From assembly GCA_022564995.1 (NCBI GenBank), contig JADFKK010000005.1, forward strand, positions 1,352 through 65,351: DNA of 64,000 nt. The letters are read 5' to 3'. Position 1 is the first letter of the stretch; the number at the start of each line of letters is the position of its first letter. The stretch comes from Planctomycetota bacterium (GTDB lineage: Bacteria > Planctomycetota > Planctomycetia > Pirellulales > JADFKK01). The notes under the pieces were generated by a model that saw nothing but the letters and a program-made list of their open reading frames with translations, was not told the origin of the DNA and ran no database searches. The position numbers and the translations under genes are program-made. Shown in pieces: positions 35,635 to 45,500 of this stretch.

Positions 35635-36909
35635 ATGGTCACGAGAATTAGCGTCACGAGAATCAGCGTTGTCGTTCTAGCCGTTCTCTCGCTGGTTGCG
35701 AGCGTCCAAATGGGCACGGCGGCGGAGCGGATTTCGAAAATCCCAATGCGCGACTTTCAGCGGTTGCATTCGATGATGAAACCGCAGTTTGGCGAAAGTC
35801 CTTGGCGTGAGGTTTCATGGCTAACCAATATCACCGAAGCACGACGCCGCGCGTTGGCTGAGGATAAGCCGCTCGTGATTTTCACGGCCGCCGACGGTAG
35901 CCCGCTCTGTCGCACGTGAGGGGCTTGCACGTCGAACCGCGCTCGCTGGTTCACCGGTGCTCAGGTTGAGCCCAAATACATCAACAAGCACTTCATCGCA
36001 GTTGCTCTGGATTCCTACTTTCGCGGCAACTCGCATGACGTGGCGTTCTGCAAGAAGGTGGGCGCTGGCGGAAACCACTTGGTCGCGACGACCGCCTCCG
36101 GCCACAGGCTGGGCGGGAAAGCGCATTTGCGTTTGCGAAAAAGAGAACTCGCCGCCGTGCTTGTCGAGTACCGAAAACTTCCCACAGCCGAACGCACTCC
36201 GAAGCTGGAGGATCCTAGTAAAGCAACTCCGCCGCGACGCGCCGTGCCCAAGTCGCCACCAGGCGGCTTGATTCTGCGAGGATTCTGCACCTATCTGCGC
36301 CGTGACGCCGCCCGTAAGATCGCGCGTTCCAAGGAATACTACTACAAGGAAAACCCGATCCACTGGGCCGCCGAAACTCAGAGTGACATGTTGTGGTTGA
36401 CCGAAGCCGAATGGAAGTCGCTCGTTCCCGCCGATCCGAAGCCGGGTGACCACGTGGAAGTGGCGACCGCAATCCAGCGGCGGTTCTTTAGCACCATCGG
36501 CATCGACTACATGCAAGGTAGCGTCAGGTCTCTCCCACCGCGTGAAATCTCCATGACGTTGACGGTCGAGCGGGTCACAACCGGTGGGATCACGATGCGG
36601 CTTGATGGATACGGTCGGATGGGTAAAGAATTTGATAAAACGCTGCGAACGGAGGCGCACGGCCGCGGCTGTGAGGTCCGCGTGCTTGGGCTGCTTAACT
36701 ACAATACCAAATCGAAAACATTTGACCGATTCGACATCGTTGGCGTCGGCGACGCGTGGGGTAAGCGGCCTCGGGAGATCCGCATCAAGAATTACCCGTG
36801 GAAGTACGGAATCGCCTGCGAACTGGTGACAGGCGATGCGCCCATCGACCGCATTCCGCCGTACAACCTGTTGCACTATAATGAGGCCGGCCCGTACTTT
36901 GCGAAGTGA
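35635..36909 (+). CDS. candidate selenoprotein: secreted thioredoxin-fold protein with in-frame TGA (35917-35919) in a CxxUxxC motif, plus uncharacterised C-terminal domain
   Basis: Track ORFs 35578-35919 and 36040-36909 share one frame and are separated only by this TGA. No other stop and no ATG occurs in the 120 nt after it. Read-through gives KPLVIFTAADGSPLCRT-U-GACTSNRARWF...FIAVALD (thioredoxin-like layout). Start chosen at ATG 35635 after GAGGA (signal peptide MVTRISVTRISVVVLAVLSLVASVQMGTA). If Sec is not decoded, this is two ORFs or a pseudogene. Confidence 0.55.
35920..35973 (+). promoter_or_regulatory. SECIS-like stem-loop immediately 3' of the in-frame TGA
   Basis: Three helices are stacked. 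GGGCT (35921-25) pairs with AGCCC (35969-73). GCAC (35927-30) pairs with GTGC (35957-60). GAACC (35934-38) pairs with GGTTC (35948-52). The apical region is GCGCUCGCU, which can add 2 bp to leave a GCUC tetraloop and a bulged U. The loop starts 21 nt after the TGA and begins with G. Confidence 0.4.
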
Positions 36910-36974
36910 GCGTTGCGGATCTAGGCAAACATGCTCCGAGTTTCGGCCAGAAGACCGTCACGAAAGCGCTGCCC

Positions 36975-38012
36975 TCATTCCACCTCTGGAGTGACGACTC
37001 GATGACCCAATTCGGAAGACAGAACCTGCGCCAACTGCCGAGCCATGCGGTCATTTGCCTCGCGATTGGGATGGCCGTCGAAGAGACCGTTTCTGAATCG
37101 AGAGAGGTTCTCCGCCGGTTCAAAGGCGTCGCCGAGGTCGACGTATGAGACATCGAGTTCCGAGCAGATTTTCGTAAGTTCTTCGACGATCTCGGCATAC
37201 GGATTTGCGTCTCGATGAAACATGGCAGGAGCGCGGGCAACCATGAATCGCACTTTTCGTTTGTCACAATCCTGTCGCATCGCCGAGATTGCTTCCTTCA
37301 GACGGTCCCGGCCGCCTTCGTGGAAGTTTCGAAGCTCACTCGAGACATAACCTTCTCCCAAGTCCATGCCCAAGGCGCGGGAAAGTCCGGCGATTCGACT
37401 AGACGACCATCTTAGGAATGCGGACCGACATGGACACAACCGACGGAATTCGAAAACGGAATCTGGATCGACGTCTTGCGGAATGGTCGGATCCGGTTGC
37501 GGAGTGTCATTAAAACAGAAGACGTAAATGACGATGTCGGGTTCAAATTCCAACACCCGATTGTGGAGCATAATGGCGACGTGATCGGCGCTATAGCCAG
37601 GTATTCCGCAGTTCAGTACCTCAGCATCGCCGCCGGCCTCGGAGATCCACTGTTCGACGCGCACCGGCAGCGTGTCTTCCGATGCGACGAGTCCGAATGT
37701 GAACGAGTCCCCGACGAGCGCGATCCTCATTCCTTGCGGCGACTTCGAGAATTCGCGGCCCCGGAAACCAAGGCTGTTGATGTGCAGTTCGTGATTAAAA
37801 TAAAGGGTGTCGAAGTCGGGACGTAACTCGTAGGGGACGGCACCGCTTGTCGATGTTCGAAAGGGCGTGAGACCGTTTCGCGGAATATGAAAACTGAAGA
37901 AGATCTCCAACGCAACGAAGACGGCGACCGCTGAACAGAGCAACAGAACGAGGCGGGCGATCAGGGGATACTTGCGGCGCAAACGATTCGGCCGTTCTTT
38001 GGACGTCGTCAT
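36975..38012 (-). CDS. SGNH/GDSL-type hydrolase, membrane-anchored
   Basis: 345 aa. N-terminal TM (LIARLVLLLCSAVAVFVALEIFF). Block I GDSFTFG. Block III-like FCFND. C-terminal D..H-type block (LFDGHPN). Confidence 0.7.
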   Translation of the reverse strand: MTTSKERPNRLRRKYPLIARLVLLLCSAVAVFVALEIFFSFHIPRNGLTPFRTSTSGAVPYELRPDFDTLYFNHELHINSLGFRGREFSKSPQGMRIALVGDSFTFGLVASEDTLPVRVEQWISEAGGDAEVLNCGIPGYSADHVAIMLHNRVLEFEPDIVIYVFCFNDTPQPDPTIPQDVDPDSVFEFRRLCPCRSAFLRWSSSRIAGLSRALGMDLGEGYVSSELRNFHEGGRDRLKEAISAMRQDCDKRKVRFMVARAPAMFHRDANPYAEIVEELTKICSELDVSYVDLGDAFEPAENLSRFRNGLFDGHPNREANDRMARQLAQVLSSELGHRVVTPEVE

Positions 38013-38652
38013 CGAGAATTACCTGAGCGGAGTCGTTGAAGGGAGGTTGTTTTCCGTGATAGATCGGAACCGATCAGAATTTCTCATCATCGTTCCAAGC
38101 TTGCTTCTGCCCAATTTCTAGGGCCATACCTAGTATACACCGCGTCCTCCTGTCAAGAACGATCAGACGGATCGAAGGCCTACGGTCCTCGGTCGGTGGG
38201 CTGTTTTTCGCCCCCGACTGGAGAAAAATCGCCTGCCTGGGCGAAAAAAATGACGTAGGGTTCATTCGGCAGGTGGTTTTCCGCCGCCTGCGACATTTCC
38301 CTGTAACGTCCGATTCCGGACCGTCAGGTTTCGTCTGGTGGGGATTTCGCTTGTCTGCTATACGACACGCTGAAGACAGACCTTTTCAGGATGAGCGATT
38401 CTGCTCACTCACTGCGTCCCCCCAAAGTGCGGACCGGGTGATCGGTCACGACAACGGCTGCATTGATAGCCGATCCACTGCCGATATGATGAATGGCCCG
38501 GATGGTATCGGGTCTCTCAAACGCATCAGTTTTCATTCATGTGAGTTGTGTCCCCTTCCCGTTTCGTCAAGGCCCCACGTTCTAGTCAGCGACCACCAAG
38601 ATTCAGACTTGCTTTATTTCCGTCACGTGTCGATCGAAATGGAAGAACCAAC

Positions 38653-41600
38653 ATGGGAACCACGCGCAGCACGCAGGATTTGTTGTACCGGCCGAAGTTT
38701 GAGAACTGCGAGCCTCGGCTTTTGATGGCAACCGATGCGGTCGGCGAGATTCCGATCGGACAATTCTCCGGCAGCGAATCTGGCGACCGACAGATCGCGA
38801 TGTTCGCTGAGCCGGGGCAGTACGTGCCCACGATGATGGATCCGTGGATGCCCAATCCGGTGTACGGCTCGACGTTTCGCTCGGCACTCGGTGGCGGAAC
38901 TGGTTTATGGAGCGACGCGAGCACTTGGTCGGCCGGCCGGGCGCCCATGGCAGGTGACCGCGTGATCATCGCTGCCGGCGATGAGGTGCTGATTCAGGAT
39001 ACTGGCGCGATTGCTCACAGCATTGGAGTGTACGAAGGCGGGAAGCTGCGCTTCGCTACGAACGTGAACACCGAGTTGAAAGTGGTGACTCTGCTGGTGC
39101 TGGGCGAGTTGGAGATTGGCACCGCGGCCAATCCAATCGACGCCGGCGTCACGGCCACGCTGACCATTCGCGACGTGCCGTTTGATTTTCAGGAGGACCC
39201 GGGACAGTATGGTCATGGTCTAGTGGCCACCCAGAACGCCAAGGTGCGGATTCATGGGCGAGCCCTGTCGGAGACGTTCGTGCGGCTTGCGAGTGAGCCG
39301 CGCGCGGGAGATACGACGCTGGTGATGGAAAATGGGGTGACAGGTTGGCGGGTGGGCGACCAGATCTTGATTCCAGACACGAGGCAACTACGTTCATCTC
39401 AGAATCCGTGGCTGGGCGGAACCTATAATCCAGAGTGGGAAGAGTTGACGATCGCCAACATCAGCGGCACTACGATCACGCTCTCTAGCCCGTTGACGTT
39501 CGACCATTTGGGTGCCCGTGACGGCGACGGAATTCTTGACTTCTTGCCGCACGTGGTCAATCGCACGCGCAACGTGGTGATTCAGTCCGAAAATCCCAAC
39601 GGCGTGCGCGGGCATACACTCTACGGCAATCGCTCGGACATCGACATCCGCTACGCCCAATTCAAGGACATGGGGAGGACGAAAAACCTTGCATTGGACA
39701 ACACGACGTTCGATGAAAATGGCAATGCGACGCACATCGGCACGAATCAAATCGCTCGTTACGCAGTTCACACTCACCATCTGATCGGTCCCACCAGCGC
39801 GCAATCCAACGGTTATCAATTCACACTTGTCGGCAATTCGATCGACGGCGGCACCCAAGACAACAACCAAAAATGGGCGATCACGATCCACGGATCACAC
39901 TACGGTCTGATCCAAGCAAACGTCGTTTACAACATTTCCGGCGGAGGGATCGTCACCGAAGATGGCAACGAGAGTTTCAACGTGTTCGACGGCAACTTCG
40001 TCATGCGCTCAAAGAGCATCGGCAGTGGATGGCGAATCAGCGGATCGGAGAAAAACCCGGACGGTCGCTCGGCGACGGGATTCTGGTTTCGCGGGCTGAA
40101 CAACTACATCCGTAACAATGTCGCGACGAACATCCTTTCCTACGATGAGGCAGAAACGGGCTACGGCTATAAATTTTTGAACAACTTCGTCGGTGATAAG
40201 ACGATTCCCGCATTCCAGGGGGCCAACCCCAACGAGAATGGCGTCACGGTCAATATGTATGAAACCGCGATTCCGCAGTTCGAGAACAACGAGGCTTACG
40301 GAGCGATCGAATCGGCCTTAACTTACTGGTGGATTGGAACGCATTATCAAACTCCGGAGCCGGACGCGGGCACGACGGTAATTAAGGATTTCAAGGTATG
40401 GCACACTTTTGGAGCCGGCATTTATCACTATCCGTCAGCCAACGTGCTCCTTGACGGACTCGTTATGCGAGGTGACGGATCGGGCACGAAAACGAATGTC
40501 GGACTGATGTTTGGCGATTATATGGCGCAAGACGTGATCATACGCGACGCCGATATTCAGGGATTCGGAGCTGGAATCAAACTCACGGAGTTCGGGATTG
40601 GCGCTACCGTAATTGAAAACTCCTTCCTGCGCACCAAGTTTAGGAACATTGAAGTAGAAACGCACCGCAGCACCAGTGGTACGCATGTACTGAAAGCGAA
40701 AAGCGCAATCATTCGAAATGTTCGATTTGATTCTTGGGGCAGCGAAGCCACCGTCAACATTAAAACCGACTACGTCTCTCTCTCTTACGAAAAATCAGAT
40801 GTCATTCTTCTCGATGAAATCTTTGTCTACGACTACAACGGGGTAAGCGGCGACGACTTCCAGGTATTCTACCTCGAGCAGGCACCAGATTTCATCGTCC
40901 CACAATCGACGAGCCTTTCCGTTGGCTCTCCCGAGGCGGGGCTCACGAATCAACAGAACTGGGATACCTATGGCATTGCCATTGCAGGCGCTGTTGCTCC
41001 AACAACGGCCACCCGCGCTGGAATCGACGGATTTGTGCTGACGCTGTCCACGCCGGCTCCAACCGCACCCACTGGCGTCACCGCCAGTCCCGTCTCCAGC
41101 ACCCGAATCGATCTCTCCTGGAACGACGTCTCCGGCGAAGACGGCTATCGAATCTATCAATGGATGGGCTCGGAAAGCCAGATGGTCGGGTCCGTCGGCG
41201 CCAACCAGACCAGTTTCTCCGTGACCGGCCTTTCGCCCGGACAGAGCTACTCGTTCACGGTCGAGGCTTACAACGGGGCCGGATCGGCGTTTAGTTCCTG
41301 GCAGTCGGCTGATACGCTGTTCGCCGCGCCGACGCAAATAGGCTCGGTAACGGCCGCCGGAGTTTCGGCGTCGCAGATCGACCTCTCCTGGAACGACGTC
41401 TCCGGCGAAGACGGCTATCGAATCTATCAATGGATGGGCTCGGGAAGCCAAATGGTCGGCTCCGTCGGCGCCAATCAGACCAGCTTCTCCGTGACCGGCC
41501 TTTCGCCCGCGCAGACATACTCGTTCACGGTCGGAGCCCACAACGGCGCCGGATCGACATGGAGTTCGTGGCAGTCGGCCGAAACGCTGTCTGCCACGCC

Positions 41601-42441
41601 GACGCAAATCGGTTCCGTGACGGCCATCGGCGTTTCGGCGTCGCAGATCGACTTGTCGTGGAGCGACGTGCAGTATGAAACGGAATACCGCGTCTACCAG
41701 TGGACCAGCGGCGGCAGTCAATTGATTGGCACCGCAGGGGCCGACGCGACCAGCTATTCGGTGACCGGCCTGTCGACGCAGCAAACCTATTGGTTTACGA
41801 TCGGGGCCTACAACAGCGCCGGATCGACATGGAGTTCGTGGCAGTCGGCTGAAACGCTGCTCGCTCCAACCCCGATGGGCTCCGTGACGGCCACCGGCGT
41901 TTCGGCGTCGCAGATCGACTTGTCGTGGAGCGACGTGCAGTATGAAACGGAGTACCGCATCTACCAGTGGACTGGCAGCGGCAGTCAAATGATTGGTACC
42001 ACCGGGGCCAACGTGACCAGCTTCTCGGTGACCGGTCTGTCCTCCCAGCAAACTTATTGGTTCACGATCGGAGCCCACAACGGCGCCGGATCGACATGGA
42101 GTTCGTGGAGTAGCGCCACCACGCTCGCCGCCGCCAAAACAGGTCGGTCGGAACTCTCCGAAGAGGGCGGGCAACTGCTAGACGTCGTCGCGCTGAAAAA
42201 GCTACTCGGCAAGGCGACCGAGCAGGCGCTGGGAGAGTCCATCGACACAACGAAGGAAAAGGGCCTGCCTCTGCTGGCCCGCGCCGTTGATGACGCCATG
42301 GAGCACATCAAGGCGCTGTCGACGATGGTCGGCGGAGACGAGTCGGACGTACCCGAACTGCGCAGTCCTGAAGACGACGACGTCGAGGCCCATCGAGAGA
42401 TCGTCGACCGGCTGCACGAGACATCACGCTCGTTCGCCTAG
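38653..42441 (+). CDS. giant secreted G8-domain / parallel beta-helix protein with four C-terminal FN3 repeats
   Basis: Start taken at ATG 38653 after GGAAG; the track ORF begins at 38548 in an AT-richer stretch. N-terminal RPKFENCEPRLLMA motif. G8-like LWSDASTWSAGRAPMAGDRVIIAAGDEVLIQD. Beta-helix repeats (NRTRNVVIQS, GNSIDGG, NNVATN). Four FN3 units at 41065-42129. Confidence 0.85.
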   Translation: MGTTRSTQDLLYRPKFENCEPRLLMATDAVGEIPIGQFSGSESGDRQIAMFAEPGQYVPTMMDPWMPNPVYGSTFRSALGGGTGLWSDASTWSAGRAPMAGDRVIIAAGDEVLIQDTGAIAHSIGVYEGGKLRFATNVNTELKVVTLLVLGELEIGTAANPIDAGVTATLTIRDVPFDFQEDPGQYGHGLVATQNAKVRIHGRALSETFVRLASEPRAGDTTLVMENGVTGWRVGDQILIPDTRQLRSSQNPWLGGTYNPEWEELTIANISGTTITLSSPLTFDHLGARDGDGILDFLPHVVNRTRNVVIQSENPNGVRGHTLYGNRSDIDIRYAQFKDMGRTKNLALDNTTFDENGNATHIGTNQIARYAVHTHHLIGPTSAQSNGYQFTLVGNSIDGGTQDNNQKWAITIHGSHYGLIQANVVYNISGGGIVTEDGNESFNVFDGNFVMRSKSIGSGWRISGSEKNPDGRSATGFWFRGLNNYIRNNVATNILSYDEAETGYGYKFLNNFVGDKTIPAFQGANPNENGVTVNMYETAIPQFENNEAYGAIESALTYWWIGTHYQTPEPDAGTTVIKDFKVWHTFGAGIYHYPSANVLLDGLVMRGDGSGTKTNVGLMFGDYMAQDVIIRDADIQGFGAGIKLTEFGIGATVIENSFLRTKFRNIEVETHRSTSGTHVLKAKSAIIRNVRFDSWGSEATVNIKTDYVSLSYEKSDVILLDEIFVYDYNGVSGDDFQVFYLEQAPDFIVPQSTSLSVGSPEAGLTNQQNWDTYGIAIAGAVAPTTATRAGIDGFVLTLSTPAPTAPTGVTASPVSSTRIDLSWNDVSGEDGYRIYQWMGSESQMVGSVGANQTSFSVTGLSPGQSYSFTVEAYNGAGSAFSSWQSADTLFAAPTQIGSVTAAGVSASQIDLSWNDVSGEDGYRIYQWMGSGSQMVGSVGANQTSFSVTGLSPAQTYSFTVGAHNGAGSTWSSWQSAETLSATPTQIGSVTAIGVSASQIDLSWSDVQYETEYRVYQWTSGGSQLIGTAGADATSYSVTGLSTQQTYWFTIGAYNSAGSTWSSWQSAETLLAPTPMGSVTATGVSASQIDLSWSDVQYETEYRIYQWTGSGSQMIGTTGANVTSFSVTGLSSQQTYWFTIGAHNGAGSTWSSWSSATTLAAAKTGRSELSEEGGQLLDVVALKKLLGKATEQALGESIDTTKEKGLPLLARAVDDAMEHIKALSTMVGGDESDVPELRSPEDDDVEAHREIVDRLHETSRSFA
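41065..42129 (+). repeat. four tandem ~270-bp (267-270 bp) coding repeats (FN3 modules) with long near-identical DNA stretches
   Basis: Unit starts are 41065, 41326 (261 bp after unit 1), 41596 (270 bp) and 41863 (267 bp). Units 1 and 2 share CTCCTGGAACGACGTCTCCGGCGAAGACGGCTATCGAATCTATCAATGGATGGGCTCGG. Units 3 and 4 share TCGCAGATCGACTTGTCGTGGAGCGACGTGCAGTATGAAACGGA. Confidence 0.9.
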
Positions 42442-42518
42442 GTGAATATAGCAGCGATCGTTTTCGCCTTATACGGCGCGGGTTCGGCGCCGCATTCGTT
42501 CACGTCGTGCCGCCGCGT

Positions 42519-45500
42519 TCAAAAGACGTTCAAACGCATCGACGCGGTTGAGTCCTGATCGACAGCCACGGCCTGAAAACGCCCGAGCGTGGAATCCGTC
42601 GGCCCAGGCAATTCTCGACGTGCGGCGCCGCCGCTATCGCTCCGCCGAGATTCGTGGTACATCGCGTCCGTCTTGCCGATGCGGTGAAAGACTTCTGTCT
42701 TGGCACGAATGCGGTCTTCGTCCGAAATGGACGATCTGGCCGCCGTGGCTTCCTGGTGTGGCGAGCCTGCCGGCGCTGGCCCTGTCCAGTTGGCCAAGAG
42801 AACGGTCAAGTCCTCGAAGTTCACCGGGGTGTTGGCCGCGTCGACGAGATTGCCCTGGGTGGCCGCTACGTCTTGATTCCAACTGGCCAACAACACCGTC
42901 AAATCCTCGAAGTCGACAAATCCGTTACAAGTCAGGTCGGCCACCACGCAGTGACGTGCGACGACCTCTACGACAAACGCGGTCGCGGCACCGCTCTCGT
43001 TGCCAGCCACGTCTCGGGCAATTGCCGAAAAACTATAAGTCCCGTCCGCCAGTATCGTGCTCGTGGCATCAACGATCCACTCCCCCGCCTCATTGGTCGT
43101 CGCCACGCCCAGCATACCGAGCTCTGGTTCGCTTAGAGTGACGGTGCTATCAGGCTCCGCCGTGCCGGAGAAAACCAGCGTCGCATCGCTGGTCACCGCG
43201 TCGCTATCACTTGCTCCGTCGTCCGCGTCGATGGAAACAACGACCGGGGCCACGGGTGCCACTGTGTCGATTTCGACGATCAACTCCGCAGAGACAGCAC
43301 TGAAAATTCCGAACGCGTTCTCGGCGGTCGCCGAGAAAACGTAGCTTCCGTCAGGCAGCACCGTCCCTGTTGCGTCGATCGACCAATCGCCCGTGGCGCT
43401 GGCCGCCGCCGTGCCGACGGTGCCCAGGCTCAACTCGCGGAGCGTTACATTGCTGCCGGCTTCCGCTGTGCCGAAAAACACCAGCGTGTTGTCCCCGGTG
43501 ATGCCATCGGCGACGGCCGTGTCTTGGTCGATGCCGACAATCAGCGGCACGGGTGGCGGCGTGATGGAGTTGGCTCCGGCGAAAAAATTCTGTCTTGTCT
43601 CGTCGAGCGATAAGGCCCGGCTGTAAATTGCCACAAGGTGCATTTCGCCCGTCCACGGTCGGTTGGCTGTAATCTCGTTGGCCAGCGCGAACCGGAAGTT
43701 GGGATTCCAACTTGACGTGTCACCGCCGACGAGCGAACTGGCGACCATGACGCCGTCAACGTAGGTGCGAGCGTTGCCGTCTGCGTCTCGCGTGTAGACG
43801 ACGTGTGCGAGCTGCGCGGTTTGAACCAGACCGGGCGTCACCAAGGCAGGCTGCCCGCCGGCATTCGTCGTCGTCGTCCGTAAACGGTTCACATACGTGT
43901 CGGTCTGTTGGCCAAACATGAAGTTCTGTTCGGATTTGTCCTTTGAGAACGACACGATCCGAGCGGGGCCTGAAAGATCGAGCGATGCTGGACGAATCCA
44001 CGCCTCGATGGTGATGGCATTGCTGGCGGTGATCGCGTTGTAGATTTTCGTGGCCGGCACAATCGACGAAATGATCGTCGACGTGTCTACGGTCAATCCT
44101 CCGTCGATCCACGTCACGGCCGCAATGTTTGAAATGCTCAAGTCGAAAGGCGTTCCAAAACCGGATGTGTCGTGGACTACATCGCCTGAGTTCTCTTCTA
44201 ATTCATAGAGAACCACCAGGCCGTCGCCAACGCGCGCCCGGCGCGTGAAGTTGACCTGAACGCCATCTTGTGGGAGCCGACCGCCGCCGGTTCCCATCAG
44301 GCCCGTGACGAGGAGACCATACGCTTGACCGTCCGTGAGATTCGACGTGGACAAGATGACGGTCATTTCGTCGTCGGCCACCACGGCGCCCAGAATCGAA
44401 AACCCCGAGGTCTCGTAGTTCTCCAACTTTTCGGCCGCCTGGTGATCGAGTGGCTCACTGAATACAACGCGGACGCTGTTTTCGTTTTCTGCCCGAACGG
44501 CGTCAATCGTCAGTATCGCGACGGAAAAGGAATCGCTACGATTGCCTTCGGCGCCGTCCACGTTTTCGGCAGATACCTGGTACGTGTAAGACGTTGCCGG
44601 CTCAACTGTAAGATCGGCAAAGGCGGTTGTCGCCGAGCTGCCGAGCTCGACTCCGTTGCGATAGATGCGATATCGCTTGATGCCGGTTTCAGGGTCCGAT
44701 GCCGCATCCCACGCCAGATCGATGCGGGCTTCCGACACGACGATCCCCCGGAGATTCGCCGGCGCGTCAGGAGGCGTGACGTCCAACACGATGTTGGCGG
44801 CGCCCGGCGTTCCGCCGGTCGTGCCTGGCCCCCAATGCGATGCGTCGTTGACGAAAGCCACCGGAGCAAGGCGCGATAGCGAAGAACCGACGCCGTCCGC
44901 CTGATCACTCCACGGTGCCCGATCATTATACTTGACGCGCTCCACCAGAATCTGCGGCACGGTCATGTCGGCCGCCGGAGGTGCCGGCATGTAGATCGCG
45001 ACGGTTTCGCCGCTGTTGTCGAGTTGGCCGACATACGGCCCGAGAATGACCACGCTCTGGGGCACATCGTGGGCCAATCGGAATTCGGCCGGATCGATGC
45101 CGACAACGAGCAAATACTCCCCGGCATCGAGCGTGATTCCGGTTGGGAAACCAAATCTCACGCCATTGCCAAAACGCCACGTATTGGCCGGATGGTCTGG
45201 ATCGAAGAGCGCTACGGGCGAATCACTTCGATTGAAGAGTTCGATGAATTCCGCGCCCCCGTCCGGCGGGTTGTACATGATCTCGTTGATGATTACGTCC
45301 GGGATGCGTGGCGGCGCGTTTGCTGCGCCGAGTGTTGGCGAGTCGGTTGCCACGAAATCCACGTCGCCAAACGAATTGACGTGGCGGCCGAGCGTCGCGT
45401 CGAGTTCGGTCGCGTCGAACGATACGCCTTCCCGGTAACCTCCCGCTTGCCCTGTATTCGGATCGACCGACGTGAGCCGAACCGTTCCACCCTGCTCATT

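Noticed and set aside
36040-36909. An independent 289-aa gene starting at GTG 36040.
   Set aside because: The frame is open all the way back to TGA 35917-35919 and is continuous with the upstream thioredoxin-like ORF. No RBS or ATG is present, so read-through (Sec) or a pseudogene explains it better. It remains the fallback interpretation.
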